Of a DNA stretch of 41,203 bases, positions 8,403-16,050 are shown piece by piece; position 1 is the first letter of the stretch; every line of letters starts with the position of its first letter. This stretch comes from a virus (taxonomy: Duplodnaviria > Caudoviricetes), in the IMG/VR virus record IMGVR_UViG_3300022915_000004, positions 1 to 41,203 of that record; one strand, given 5' to 3'. Under the pieces are notes generated by a model that saw only the letters and a list, made by a program, of their open reading frames with translations, did no database searches and had not been told where the DNA came from. The position numbers and the translations under genes are program-made.

Positions 8403-8458
8403 GCACGACTCAAAATCGTGTATCCTAGGATGTATCGGTTCGATTCCGATCTAAGGTA
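8403..8458 (+). other. attP core: 3' part of tRNA-Leu(CAA)
   Basis: Anticodon arm CACGA-CTCAAAA-TCGTG, long variable arm, T arm ATCGG-TTCGATT-CCGAT, acceptor 3' strand CTAAGGT-A; no D arm or 5' acceptor strand upstream. Confidence 0.9.
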
Positions 8459-8483
8459 CTAAGTTGAAAACCAATTAGTTACG

Positions 8484-8519
8484 AAGCCGTTTTAGAAATA
8501 GAACGGCTTTTTAATTTTT
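8484..8519 (+). terminator. Intrinsic terminator following the tRNA fragment
   Basis: AAGCCGTTTTA-GAAA-TAGAACGGCTT followed by T-rich tract. Confidence 0.85.
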
Positions 8520-8522
8520 GCA

Positions 8523-8542
8523 TGTTCACCAAATGTTCACCA
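8523..8542. repeat. Integrase arm-type sites, right cluster
   Basis: TGTTCACCA at 8523 and 8534, same orientation as the left cluster. Confidence 0.8.
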
Positions 8543-8546
8543 TACA

Positions 8547-8580
8547 AAATAAAAAGGTCGCGTTAATGATTAACGCGACC
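8547..8580 (-). terminator. Terminator of the leftward 11073->8648 operon
   Basis: Perfect GGTCGCGTTAAT-G-ATTAACGCGACC inverted repeat preceded by an A-run. Confidence 0.7.
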
Positions 8581-8647
8581 ATAACCGATTCTGGACCCTA
8601 AAAGGAATTACGGTTTTAATTTCTTCATAGCTTCATCGCTTTAATTT

Positions 8648-8845
8648 TCACTTATCACCTTTAAGAAATTCAATCGGTTTTTTGTTACCAATGAACTTGT
8701 TTTGATTCAATTCGATTTGAACAGCGTTAAGCATGGCATTAGCGGTTCCAACTAATATTTTTGCCGTTTCTAATTTCGTTTTGTTCGCCTTTACCGACTT
8801 GTAAAGGGTTGACAATTCGTCGCGAAGTTCTTTTATGTTCTTCAT
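8648..8845 (-). CDS. Small helical phage protein
   Basis: MKNIKELRDELSTLY...AKILVGTANAMLNAVQIEL pattern. Confidence 0.7.
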   Translation of the reverse strand: MKNIKELRDELSTLYKSVKANKTKLETAKILVGTANAMLNAVQIELNQNKFIGNKKPIEFLKGDK

Positions 8846-8984
8846 TGTTTATGAGTTTAATTAAAAATTTGCAATGATAAAATTGTTTCTTGCCTTCTCT
8901 AAATGGCTTCATCTTTTCACTTAGCGTACTTACATACGCCATGAATTCCTTTGTTGACATTTTACTAATGGTGTCCAGATTCAT
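8739..8984 (-). CDS. Hypothetical protein
   Basis: 81-aa ORF, 3' end overlaps the next gene. Confidence 0.45.
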   Translation of the reverse strand: MNLDTISKMSTKEFMAYVSTLSEKMKPFREGKKQFYHCKFLIKLINNEEHKRTSRRIVNPLQVGKGEQNEIRNGKNISWNR

Positions 8985-9021
8985 TTTATTTTAGGTTTTT
9001 CGTTCCGTGTCATATTTTCGA

Positions 9022-9237
9022 TTACATCCATACTTCCAAAATTTTAGGATCATCTTGATTTAATCTGCCAATGTTGACTAGACCACGCATTTTTAAAAAG
9101 CCACGGATCACATCAATGTCGTTACTTGTAAAAACAATTTTTTTAGGAATTACACCATCCCATTCACGGATAACAAACCCATCAGGAAAATCTTTTGGAT
9201 GATCGTATACAACATAGATGTAAAGGTTATCTTCCAT
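9022..9237 (-). CDS. Small phage protein
   Basis: YVVYDHPKDFPDGFVIREW...DDPKILEVWM. Confidence 0.7.
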   Translation of the reverse strand: MEDNLYIYVVYDHPKDFPDGFVIREWDGVIPKKIVFTSNDIDVIRGFLKMRGLVNIGRLNQDDPKILEVWM

Positions 9238-9240
9238 TTG

Positions 9241-9822
9241 CTATGGAATTATAATTCCTGAAACCCTACCGATAATTCTATCAGGTCGACCTAAATTACT
9301 ACGGTTGGTAAGAACACGACCTGTTGAATTTTTTTCAATTTTCCAGTTTATAAAATTAGAAATCACTCCTTCATTTTCTTTGTGTTCTGTAATCATTACT
9401 AAAACATCTTCCCTATCACTCATCATTGAAACCTCATAATTAAAATTTTTTCCTAATGTTGAATTGACGTTATAATCTTTATTTGAAATTGCCACGGTTT
9501 TCATAAATGCTTCGTAAACTCCTGCATAAGCAATTGCACTTGAAACAAATGATAATAATTTAATCCGGTGTATACTTAAGAGTTTTCCTGCTTCATCTTC
9601 AAAATCCATAAATGTAAAAATTGATGATCCATCTTGTAATAATAAATTACAATAAGGTCTTAAACCATTTTGTTCTTTGGCAAAGATTTCGTGTAACCGC
9701 TCTTCCTGATATTCAAAAAATTCTTGAATTGTGAAATTTGTTTCTATGTGATGAATTTCTAATGCATTCATATTATCTAAATTTATTTTTATACATTGCA
9801 CTCGCGTTAGACGTTCTTCCAT
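9241..9822 (-). CDS. Hypothetical protein
   Basis: 193-aa ORF in operon. Confidence 0.7.
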   Translation of the reverse strand: MEERLTRVQCIKINLDNMNALEIHHIETNFTIQEFFEYQEERLHEIFAKEQNGLRPYCNLLLQDGSSIFTFMDFEDEAGKLLSIHRIKLLSFVSSAIAYAGVYEAFMKTVAISNKDYNVNSTLGKNFNYEVSMMSDREDVLVMITEHKENEGVISNFINWKIEKNSTGRVLTNRSNLGRPDRIIGRVSGIIIP

Positions 9823-9940
9823 TCAGTGACTTCCGGGTTTACTACGAAGTCACGAAAATCTTCTAATGGTGGCAGGGAATCGAACAGCCACAAATATTTA
9901 GGAGGGCATGGGGTGGAACGCACACCCCTTTATTTTTTTG

Positions 9941-10255
9941 TCAATTTTGTTTTATTGTAAATATTAATTCAATCAACTTTTTATGACCTTCTTCAGCTTG
10001 TTCCCAGGTTGAATATCTTTCTTGATATCCATCAAATTCACCACCGAAAATCATTGTTTCAAAAAGTATTGGATCACTATCAGAAAGAAATGAATGATCA
10101 ATGCCAAGGAAAACGGTTGAAATCATTACACCTAGAGGTAAAAAATCAGTAGCTACTATTCTATTTTCTATTACCTCAAACCATTCTGCCCATTTAAGAA
10201 AATCAGGTTCAGGTATAGCTTTCTTATCTTCTAAAATGTAATTCAGGGTATTCAC
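9941..10255 (-). CDS. Conserved phage protein
   Basis: ISTVFLGIDH...PILFETMIFGG...YSTWEQAEEGH pattern. Confidence 0.75.
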   Translation of the reverse strand: MNTLNYILEDKKAIPEPDFLKWAEWFEVIENRIVATDFLPLGVMISTVFLGIDHSFLSDSDPILFETMIFGGEFDGYQERYSTWEQAEEGHKKLIELIFTIKQN

Positions 10256-11073
10256 TTTATCTTTGGAAATTCATAATTTTTTTCAAGGACGAGCTTTGTA
10301 ATTTTTTTATTTTCTTTGAAAGCGTTCCACGCTAGTATGTGTAAGGCTAAAACGTCTCTTTCGTTGTAAATAAATCTTCGTCCTGCTTTATTCTTAATTA
10401 ATTCCTCACGAAGTAAGCGTATTGGACTTTGTACTGATAGGTCTACTCCGGTCGAATACTTATTGAAAAAATCTAAGTTTTTTTGTGAATCCTTCCTATT
10501 AAAAAAATACATTAGAGCACCAAGCATTGAAGGGGATGATGCAAAACCAAATTTGCCATAAACCACGTAAGCATCATGTATTATCATTTCCAAATGTTTT
10601 TTATTGTCATCGGCAAATGCAAGAATTTGGCTGTTAGAAATTCCTTTATTTCTCCCTGCACGTAAATCAAAACGTCCAGAGCGATATAACAAAATTGTAC
10701 GACAAGCACTTGCCATAGTGTAGGCAGCTTTATGTCCTGCAATTTTTAGTACATCACCTCCCGTCCTATTTCTTCCGGTGTCCAAAACCTTGAATGCTTC
10801 ATTGGGTACATTTTTAGCGATAAACATTTTAACGGGTTTTCCATATTTGACAATTGCCGTTAATCTATGTTGCCCGTTGATCAATTCACCATCCTTATTA
10901 AATTGGATTGGGTCGCCTGTAACCACCCAATTACCTGCCTGCATTTCACCTAAAAGGAAATTCACATTGGAAAGCGTCAATTTTCGGTTGTGTTCATGAT
11001 TTAGATTAGATAGATAATCTTGCGCTTCCGCGGGCGTAATTTTCTTACAGTACATTTTAATTGCTGTTGCCAT
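10252..11073 (-). CDS. ParB/Srx-like N-terminal domain protein
   Basis: ITPAEAQDYL..HNRKL, GDPIQFNKDGELINGQHRLTAI, LDTGRNRT. Confidence 0.75.
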   Translation of the reverse strand: MATAIKMYCKKITPAEAQDYLSNLNHEHNRKLTLSNVNFLLGEMQAGNWVVTGDPIQFNKDGELINGQHRLTAIVKYGKPVKMFIAKNVPNEAFKVLDTGRNRTGGDVLKIAGHKAAYTMASACRTILLYRSGRFDLRAGRNKGISNSQILAFADDNKKHLEMIIHDAYVVYGKFGFASSPSMLGALMYFFNRKDSQKNLDFFNKYSTGVDLSVQSPIRLLREELIKNKAGRRFIYNERDVLALHILAWNAFKENKKITKLVLEKNYEFPKIK

Positions 11074-11243
11074 AACGTTAAGAGGTTTTTTGTAAAAGGT
11101 TTGATTTGTGACGACAATATACTAACATAGTGCTAATGTGCAAAAGTTAGAAACTCATACCTTAAAAATAAGGTTGAACACGACTACAGAAATTTCTTTA
11201 AATTGGATAACCGGCTTAAACCTAAACCTATATTTCATAAGGG

Positions 11244-11251
11244 TAACTTTG
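11244..11251 (+). promoter_or_regulatory. -7 promoter element, rightward
   Basis: TAACTTTG in the divergent intergenic region; no clear -33 element. Confidence 0.45.
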
Positions 11252-11426
11252 CTAAGTAGTGAAACTTTTCCGTGTCGGGAACAGCGTGGGCATTCTGGAT
11301 AACTTTAAAATAGTGGCTTAAGATTTACCCTTTTGTTTGTTGCCTTAAATACTTTTCCACTATAAAGAATGCTAAAGACTGACTTAGCATTTCAAAGCAA
11401 ATGCATTTTTTTTTAAATTTATTTCT

Positions 11427-11654
11427 ATGTCAAAAATAAAAAGTAATTCAATCTTCAGTAGTCTTTTTACAAGCGTAACTCCTGATGGATTAGAAGAAAA
11501 AATTGATAATTTTCTAAATGAAATGTTTGATGATTGGGAAGATGGATATAAAATTATTTCAACCAACTATTCGACCTGTTTTGTTCCACCCGAAACAATA
11601 GTATATTCTTGTTTGATTATTTATGATTGTGAATCAATAAATGAAAACACTTAA
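11427..11654 (+). CDS. Small protein, possibly Cse60/DUF2758-like
   Basis: LEEKIDNFL...IISTNYS...YSCLIIY pattern. Confidence 0.5.
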   Translation: MSKIKSNSIFSSLFTSVTPDGLEEKIDNFLNEMFDDWEDGYKIISTNYSTCFVPPETIVYSCLIIYDCESINENT

Positions 11655-11769
11655 AATAATTTCACGTGGAATAGTCGGGTTAATCGGTTGTTTAATTTTG
11701 TTCGCCGTGATCGTTCTTACTATCAAAGTAGCAGTAACAATTGCAGACTACATTTGGACACTTTGGTAA
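11641..11769 (+). CDS. 42-aa membrane peptide (below ORF track cut-off)
   Basis: MKTLKIISRGIVGLIGCLILFAVIVLTIKVAVTIADYIWTLW. Confidence 0.55.
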   Translation: MKTLKIISRGIVGLIGCLILFAVIVLTIKVAVTIADYIWTLW

Positions 11770-11783
11770 ATTATTGTATAAGG

Positions 11784-11812
11784 TTGCAATGGAATAATTT
11801 TTTATATTTTTG
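11784..11812 (+). promoter_or_regulatory. Candidate late promoter upstream of terS
   Basis: TTG (11784-11786), 18-bp spacer, TATTTTTG (11805-11812). Confidence 0.5.
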
Positions 11813-11874
11813 TGTTATGATCACGCAAATACACGCGAAGGAAAGTATCACATTGGCTGCAAGGCCAATTTAAT

Positions 11875-11906
11875 GAAAGCCGGGAAAAATTCGGCTTTCG
11901 TTTTTT
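11875..11906 (+). terminator. Terminator-like hairpin abutting the terS start codon
   Basis: GAAAGCCG-N9-CGGCTTTC-G-TTTTTT then ATG. Confidence 0.7.
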
Positions 11907-12407
11907 ATGGCTGCACCACATGGCAATCATTTTTGGACAATAAGAAGCAAGCACGGCAGGGATAAATTATTTGAATCACCTGCACTACTATGGGAAGCTG
12001 CATGTGAATATTTTGAATGGTGTGAAGAAAATCCATTATTAGAAATAGACTACAAAGGCAAGGATGCCGACCGCGTGGAAATCCCAAAAATGCGCGCATT
12101 CACAATGCATGGCTTATGCCTTTATCTTGACTGCAATACCGAATATTTCAGAAACTTTAAAAATCAGGAAAGAAAGAATTCAGAAGGTTTTAGTTCGGTC
12201 ATTAAGATGATTGAAGAAGTCGTTTATAATCAGAAGTTCACCGGGGCAGCAGCAGGTTTTTTGAATGCCAATTTAATTGCAAGGGACTTAGGGCTAAAGG
12301 AATCTTCTGATATTAATTTGAATGATTCAAGAAAAGCAACAGCAGCTTTATTCCCGTGGAATCAACCAGAAGAAGAAGGTGATGAAACTGAAGAAGAAAA
12401 GGTATAA
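11907..12407 (+). CDS. terS: Terminase small subunit, P22 gp3-like DNA-packaging protein
   Basis: MAAPHGNHFW..RSKHGR...LWEAACEYFEW...KMRAFT...QKFTGAAAGFLNANLIARDLGLKE closely follows the P22 gp3 family pattern. Confidence 0.92.
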   Translation: MAAPHGNHFWTIRSKHGRDKLFESPALLWEAACEYFEWCEENPLLEIDYKGKDADRVEIPKMRAFTMHGLCLYLDCNTEYFRNFKNQERKNSEGFSSVIKMIEEVVYNQKFTGAAAGFLNANLIARDLGLKESSDINLNDSRKATAALFPWNQPEEEGDETEEEKV

Positions 12408-13812
12408 GGTTGTAAATCCTAATCTCAATTTTCTTCGCACTGAATTAAAACATCAAAGAAGGTCTGAACTTCTTGCGCTTTATGAATCGAAGCTAATCAG
12501 CTACGAACAATTCAAAGATTTATGTTTAGCTGAAGATATAAAATCCGGCGTTGTGTTGGAAGGTTCTTCACGTGCATTCAAAACAATATCATCTATAGAT
12601 TTTATAATTCATATCTGTTCAGAAGTTGAAACCGGCTCTGTTATCAACATAATGAAGGAAACCTATACATCCTTCAAAACAACAATATACAATGATATTG
12701 ATTGGAGGTTTCCACAATTCAAATTACTATCACCATTTACAGGAAAGAAAGAAGTTAAATCTTTTATGCTGTATGGAAATAAAATTACCCTTTTAGGTGC
12801 TGATAGTGAAAGTGCACAATTGGGTGTTGGTTGTGATTACCTATACATCAATGAAGCATTAGCAATTTCTAAAGATGTGCGTAGCCAGGCACTACAGCGG
12901 TGCAGGAAATTTTGGTGGATGGACTACAACCCAACAGCAGCAGAACACGACATTTACACACAAACTATTGGAAGAAAAGATGTAGGCTTTTTAAAAACTA
13001 CTTACAAAGACAATTACCAAATCACTCCTGCTGAACGCACACAAATAGAAAGTTATCAGCCTATAGAACTTTGTGTGATCGCAATTTTTTTCGGATCACA
13101 AGATTATGATGAAAAAATAAAGTATACGGCTATTCAAAAGGCATTACGTTATAATACTGATTTAAACCCTGATAAATTTCCTGTTGCTGATGTGCGTGAA
13201 TTGGCAAGGTGTAAGATCAATGAAGCTACAGGAACAGCCGACAAATACAAATGGAAAGTTTATGGATTAGGCGAAAGGATGTCCCCTGAAGGATTGATTT
13301 TTCCACGTGTAACATGGGTAAAAGAATTTCCAAAGGACATAGAAAAGATTTACTATGGTTCTGATTTTGGCTATACTATTGATCCTTCTACTTTAATAAA
13401 AGTTGGTATACAGGGTAATAATATGTTCATCGAATGTAAATTTTATGAACCTACACCAACAGCTACCGACTACATAAATTTGCTTTCACAACACGTTACA
13501 AAATCCCATGTTGTTTGGGCTGATCCTTCAGGTGATAGCGGTGGACGTGGCTACATAAGCGAAGCCAGAAGATTAGGCTTTCAAGTTTATGCCACATCAA
13601 CTTTTCCCGGGTCCATCAAATATGGAATTTCTATAATCAAAAAATACAATCTGTTTTTGGTTGATTCACCTGAATTAAGAAAAGAACAACTAGGTTATAC
13701 ACGTGCAAAGGCAAAGGTAAACGGTGTGATGGTTGTTACTGATGATCCCATTGATGCTAATAATCACATTTGGGATGGTGTGAGAATGACTGCGCTATCT
13801 AATCGACTTTAA
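12382..13812 (+). CDS. terL: Terminase large subunit, PBSX-family-like
   Basis: Walker A-like EGSSRAFKT, Walker B YLYINEA, DYNP, nuclease GSDFG, WADPS, NHIWDGVR; start reassigned from 12322. Confidence 0.92.
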   Translation: MKLKKKRYKVVNPNLNFLRTELKHQRRSELLALYESKLISYEQFKDLCLAEDIKSGVVLEGSSRAFKTISSIDFIIHICSEVETGSVINIMKETYTSFKTTIYNDIDWRFPQFKLLSPFTGKKEVKSFMLYGNKITLLGADSESAQLGVGCDYLYINEALAISKDVRSQALQRCRKFWWMDYNPTAAEHDIYTQTIGRKDVGFLKTTYKDNYQITPAERTQIESYQPIELCVIAIFFGSQDYDEKIKYTAIQKALRYNTDLNPDKFPVADVRELARCKINEATGTADKYKWKVYGLGERMSPEGLIFPRVTWVKEFPKDIEKIYYGSDFGYTIDPSTLIKVGIQGNNMFIECKFYEPTPTATDYINLLSQHVTKSHVVWADPSGDSGGRGYISEARRLGFQVYATSTFPGSIKYGISIIKKYNLFLVDSPELRKEQLGYTRAKAKVNGVMVVTDDPIDANNHIWDGVRMTALSNRL

Positions 13813-13823
13813 AAAATACTATT

Positions 13824-14185
13824 CGGGTTAATCATTAACCCGTAACAGAAAATGCAGAAACCGCACAAACCGCAAGAAATTCTATATCAAATTTTCCATT
13901 CAATTCCAAGTAGTACCGGGTACGATTTAAGGTACGATTAAAAATAAACACCAACCAACACCACCTTACACCACCTTTCAAATTCTCAGTTAGCATGAGT
14001 TAGCATGCAAATGAATGCTAAATGAAAAATCGTAGCCCCTATTTTTTGGAAATACGCTAAGCGTTTGTCCAAAATAAGTGTGCGCGAAGTGTCTATGCGC
14101 ACGATCATTTCACTACATCCGGGACATAGCACCATTTTAGTACTATATTCTCATATTAGGAATTACTTCCCATTTTCCCTTATTT
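13824..14185. repeat. Non-coding array of heterogeneous short tandem repeats and palindromes
   Basis: About a dozen different 2-3 copy motifs at 8-12 bp period plus inverted repeats; no credible ORF (see findings). Confidence 0.8.
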
Positions 14186-14207
14186 TACAGTAAACAGGGA
14201 AAAATCA

Positions 14208-14351
14208 ATGGATATATTCCTTCCCATCCTATCCGCAATTCTTACTGCACGACTACTCGAATGGTGCGTGATCGCTACAGCAAAAACAATCAAAGACTAC
14301 CAAGAAAAAAAACTTTTAGAAAAAGTTGAACGCTTTAACCGTGGTAAATAA
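14208..14351 (+). CDS. 47-aa protein with hydrophobic N-terminus (below ORF track cut-off)
   Basis: MDIFLPILSAILTARLLEWCVIATAKTIKDYQEKKLLEKVERFNRGK; stop abuts portal ATG. Confidence 0.55.
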   Translation: MDIFLPILSAILTARLLEWCVIATAKTIKDYQEKKLLEKVERFNRGK

Positions 14352-15821
14352 ATGAACACGTGGGGACAAAATCTATTTGGCATCATAGCAGGATGGGGAA
14401 CAGGTTCAAGCATTGGAAGCGGATTAATAACACCCGGGTTTGTACCAATTAATTCATCAGGTGGAATTATGCGTTTGCGTGGTTCACAAGCTGCATGGTT
14501 AGGACTACGCACAAGGGAAATGCAGAAACAAGCATACGAATTTTGTTATCCTGTTTCTTCTGTTTGTGATCGCTTGGCAGAATATGATTTAACAGGTGAG
14601 GTTGAGATTCTAAGGAGTAAGGGAAAAGGCAAAGAAGATTATGCAAGTAATCCGTGGTCGCAACGGATGAATAAATTAATAGCACAACCCAATCCACTAC
14701 AAGCATGGGAACAATTTAGAGGTCAACAGGTAGTCTATAAAAAACTGTTTGGCTTTTGTCCCGTCTTTCCTGTTATGCCTGTAGGGATGGACTTTGATCC
14801 AAGCTACTGCATGGCTATTTGGAATTTACCACCGTGGCTTTTCCGTGCAGAACCTACCAACAAACTTTATGAAGCTACCGACATAGAAGAAATAGTAAAA
14901 AGCTATTCAATAACAATTCACGGACAAAAAATTCTACTAACAGGTAAACAGGTTTTCATTTTAGAAGATGGATTTATTCAAGATGAAAATGAAAATTTTC
15001 TTTTACCACAATCAAAACTTGTCGGGTTAGATATGGCAGTGAGTAACATTTGTGCAGCAATGGAAGCTGACAATGTACTGCTAAGAAAAAAAGGACCACT
15101 AGGTTTTATTTCCAGTGAAGCAGTGAAAGATGCTGTTGGTTACATACCAATGCAAGCAGAAGAAAAACAAGAATTACAAGAAGCACTGCATGCTTATGGT
15201 CTTTCGTGGGATCAATACCAATACGTAATAAGTAGAACACCTTCCAAATGGAATCCAATGTCCTATGATGTAAATCAATTGGGTACAAAAGAAACAATCA
15301 TTGCCGGCTCAAAAGCAGTTTGTCAAAAGTTAGGTTTCCCCTATGTGCTATTCGAAGAAACAGGTGTGACATACGCGAACGGCGAAAATGCTCTAAGTTC
15401 TGTATACGTGAACAACGTGATCCCAAATGCAAAGAAGGATTTAAATAAATACAACAAATTTTTCAAAGCAGAAGAAAACCAATGCAAAATACAAGCATGC
15501 TTTGACGATGTACCTGCATTACAAGAAGATGAATTAAATAAAAACAATGCAGCCTATTCACTCACACAAACATTAGCCATTGAATATAAAAACGGCATCA
15601 TCACAAAAAATCAATGGCTTACTGCACGTGGTTATGATACCGTTCCTGATGGTGATTTGTACTATGGTGAATCACCAACTGATCCAAATGAAGCAATTCC
15701 AATTGAAGAAGAAATACAAGATGCTGAAGTAATCGAAGAAGAAGTTAAAGAAATATTGTATGGCAAAAAAAAACACAACGGAAACGGAAAAGGAAAAGAA
15801 AGAATCACCATCAATAGGTAA
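14352..15821 (+). CDS. Portal protein
   Basis: QPNPLQAWEQF, SKLVGL, KKGPLGFIS, TYANGENA motifs; lies between terL and protease. Confidence 0.88.
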   Translation: MNTWGQNLFGIIAGWGTGSSIGSGLITPGFVPINSSGGIMRLRGSQAAWLGLRTREMQKQAYEFCYPVSSVCDRLAEYDLTGEVEILRSKGKGKEDYASNPWSQRMNKLIAQPNPLQAWEQFRGQQVVYKKLFGFCPVFPVMPVGMDFDPSYCMAIWNLPPWLFRAEPTNKLYEATDIEEIVKSYSITIHGQKILLTGKQVFILEDGFIQDENENFLLPQSKLVGLDMAVSNICAAMEADNVLLRKKGPLGFISSEAVKDAVGYIPMQAEEKQELQEALHAYGLSWDQYQYVISRTPSKWNPMSYDVNQLGTKETIIAGSKAVCQKLGFPYVLFEETGVTYANGENALSSVYVNNVIPNAKKDLNKYNKFFKAEENQCKIQACFDDVPALQEDELNKNNAAYSLTQTLAIEYKNGIITKNQWLTARGYDTVPDGDLYYGESPTDPNEAIPIEEEIQDAEVIEEEVKEILYGKKKHNGNGKGKERITINR

Positions 15822-16050
15822 TCTTTTAAAAACCAGGCTAACACAACGTGAAAGAAACTTAGCGTTGAAAGCTGATTTGATTGAACAAGGGAAACACCCT
15901 GAACCAGAAGAACAAAAATTGGGTGGACCGAAAGAAAGAAATCTTTTTTTGAAAAATCAAATGAAGGAAAAAGAGGAATCAAAAGAAAAATCCAAAGATC
16001 ATGGCAAAGAAAAAGGAAAAGAAAGCACCAAAGAAAGTGCAAAAGATTGA
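15760..16050 (+). CDS. Lys/Glu-rich hypothetical protein
   Basis: 96-aa charged ORF in the head module. Confidence 0.5.
   Translation: MAKKNTTETEKEKKESPSIGNLLKTRLTQRERNLALKADLIEQGKHPEPEEQKLGGPKERNLFLKNQMKEKEESKEKSKDHGKEKGKESTKESAKD

Noticed and set aside
8403-8458. Complete phage-encoded tRNA-Leu gene
   Set aside because: No D arm or 5' acceptor strand upstream; position beside int and arm repeats marks it as the attP core
9867-9891. Second att site or tRNA gene
   Set aside because: T-loop sequence present, but the T stem and acceptor geometry do not fit a tRNA; kept only as a structured-RNA candidate
13824-14185. CRISPR or mini-CRISPR array
   Set aside because: No constant repeat separating spacers; each motif is different and no cas genes are present
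13852-14193. Short ORFs in the terL-portal gap (29, 12 and 32 codons)
   Set aside because: Too short, no recognisable motif, and they do not explain the repeat structure
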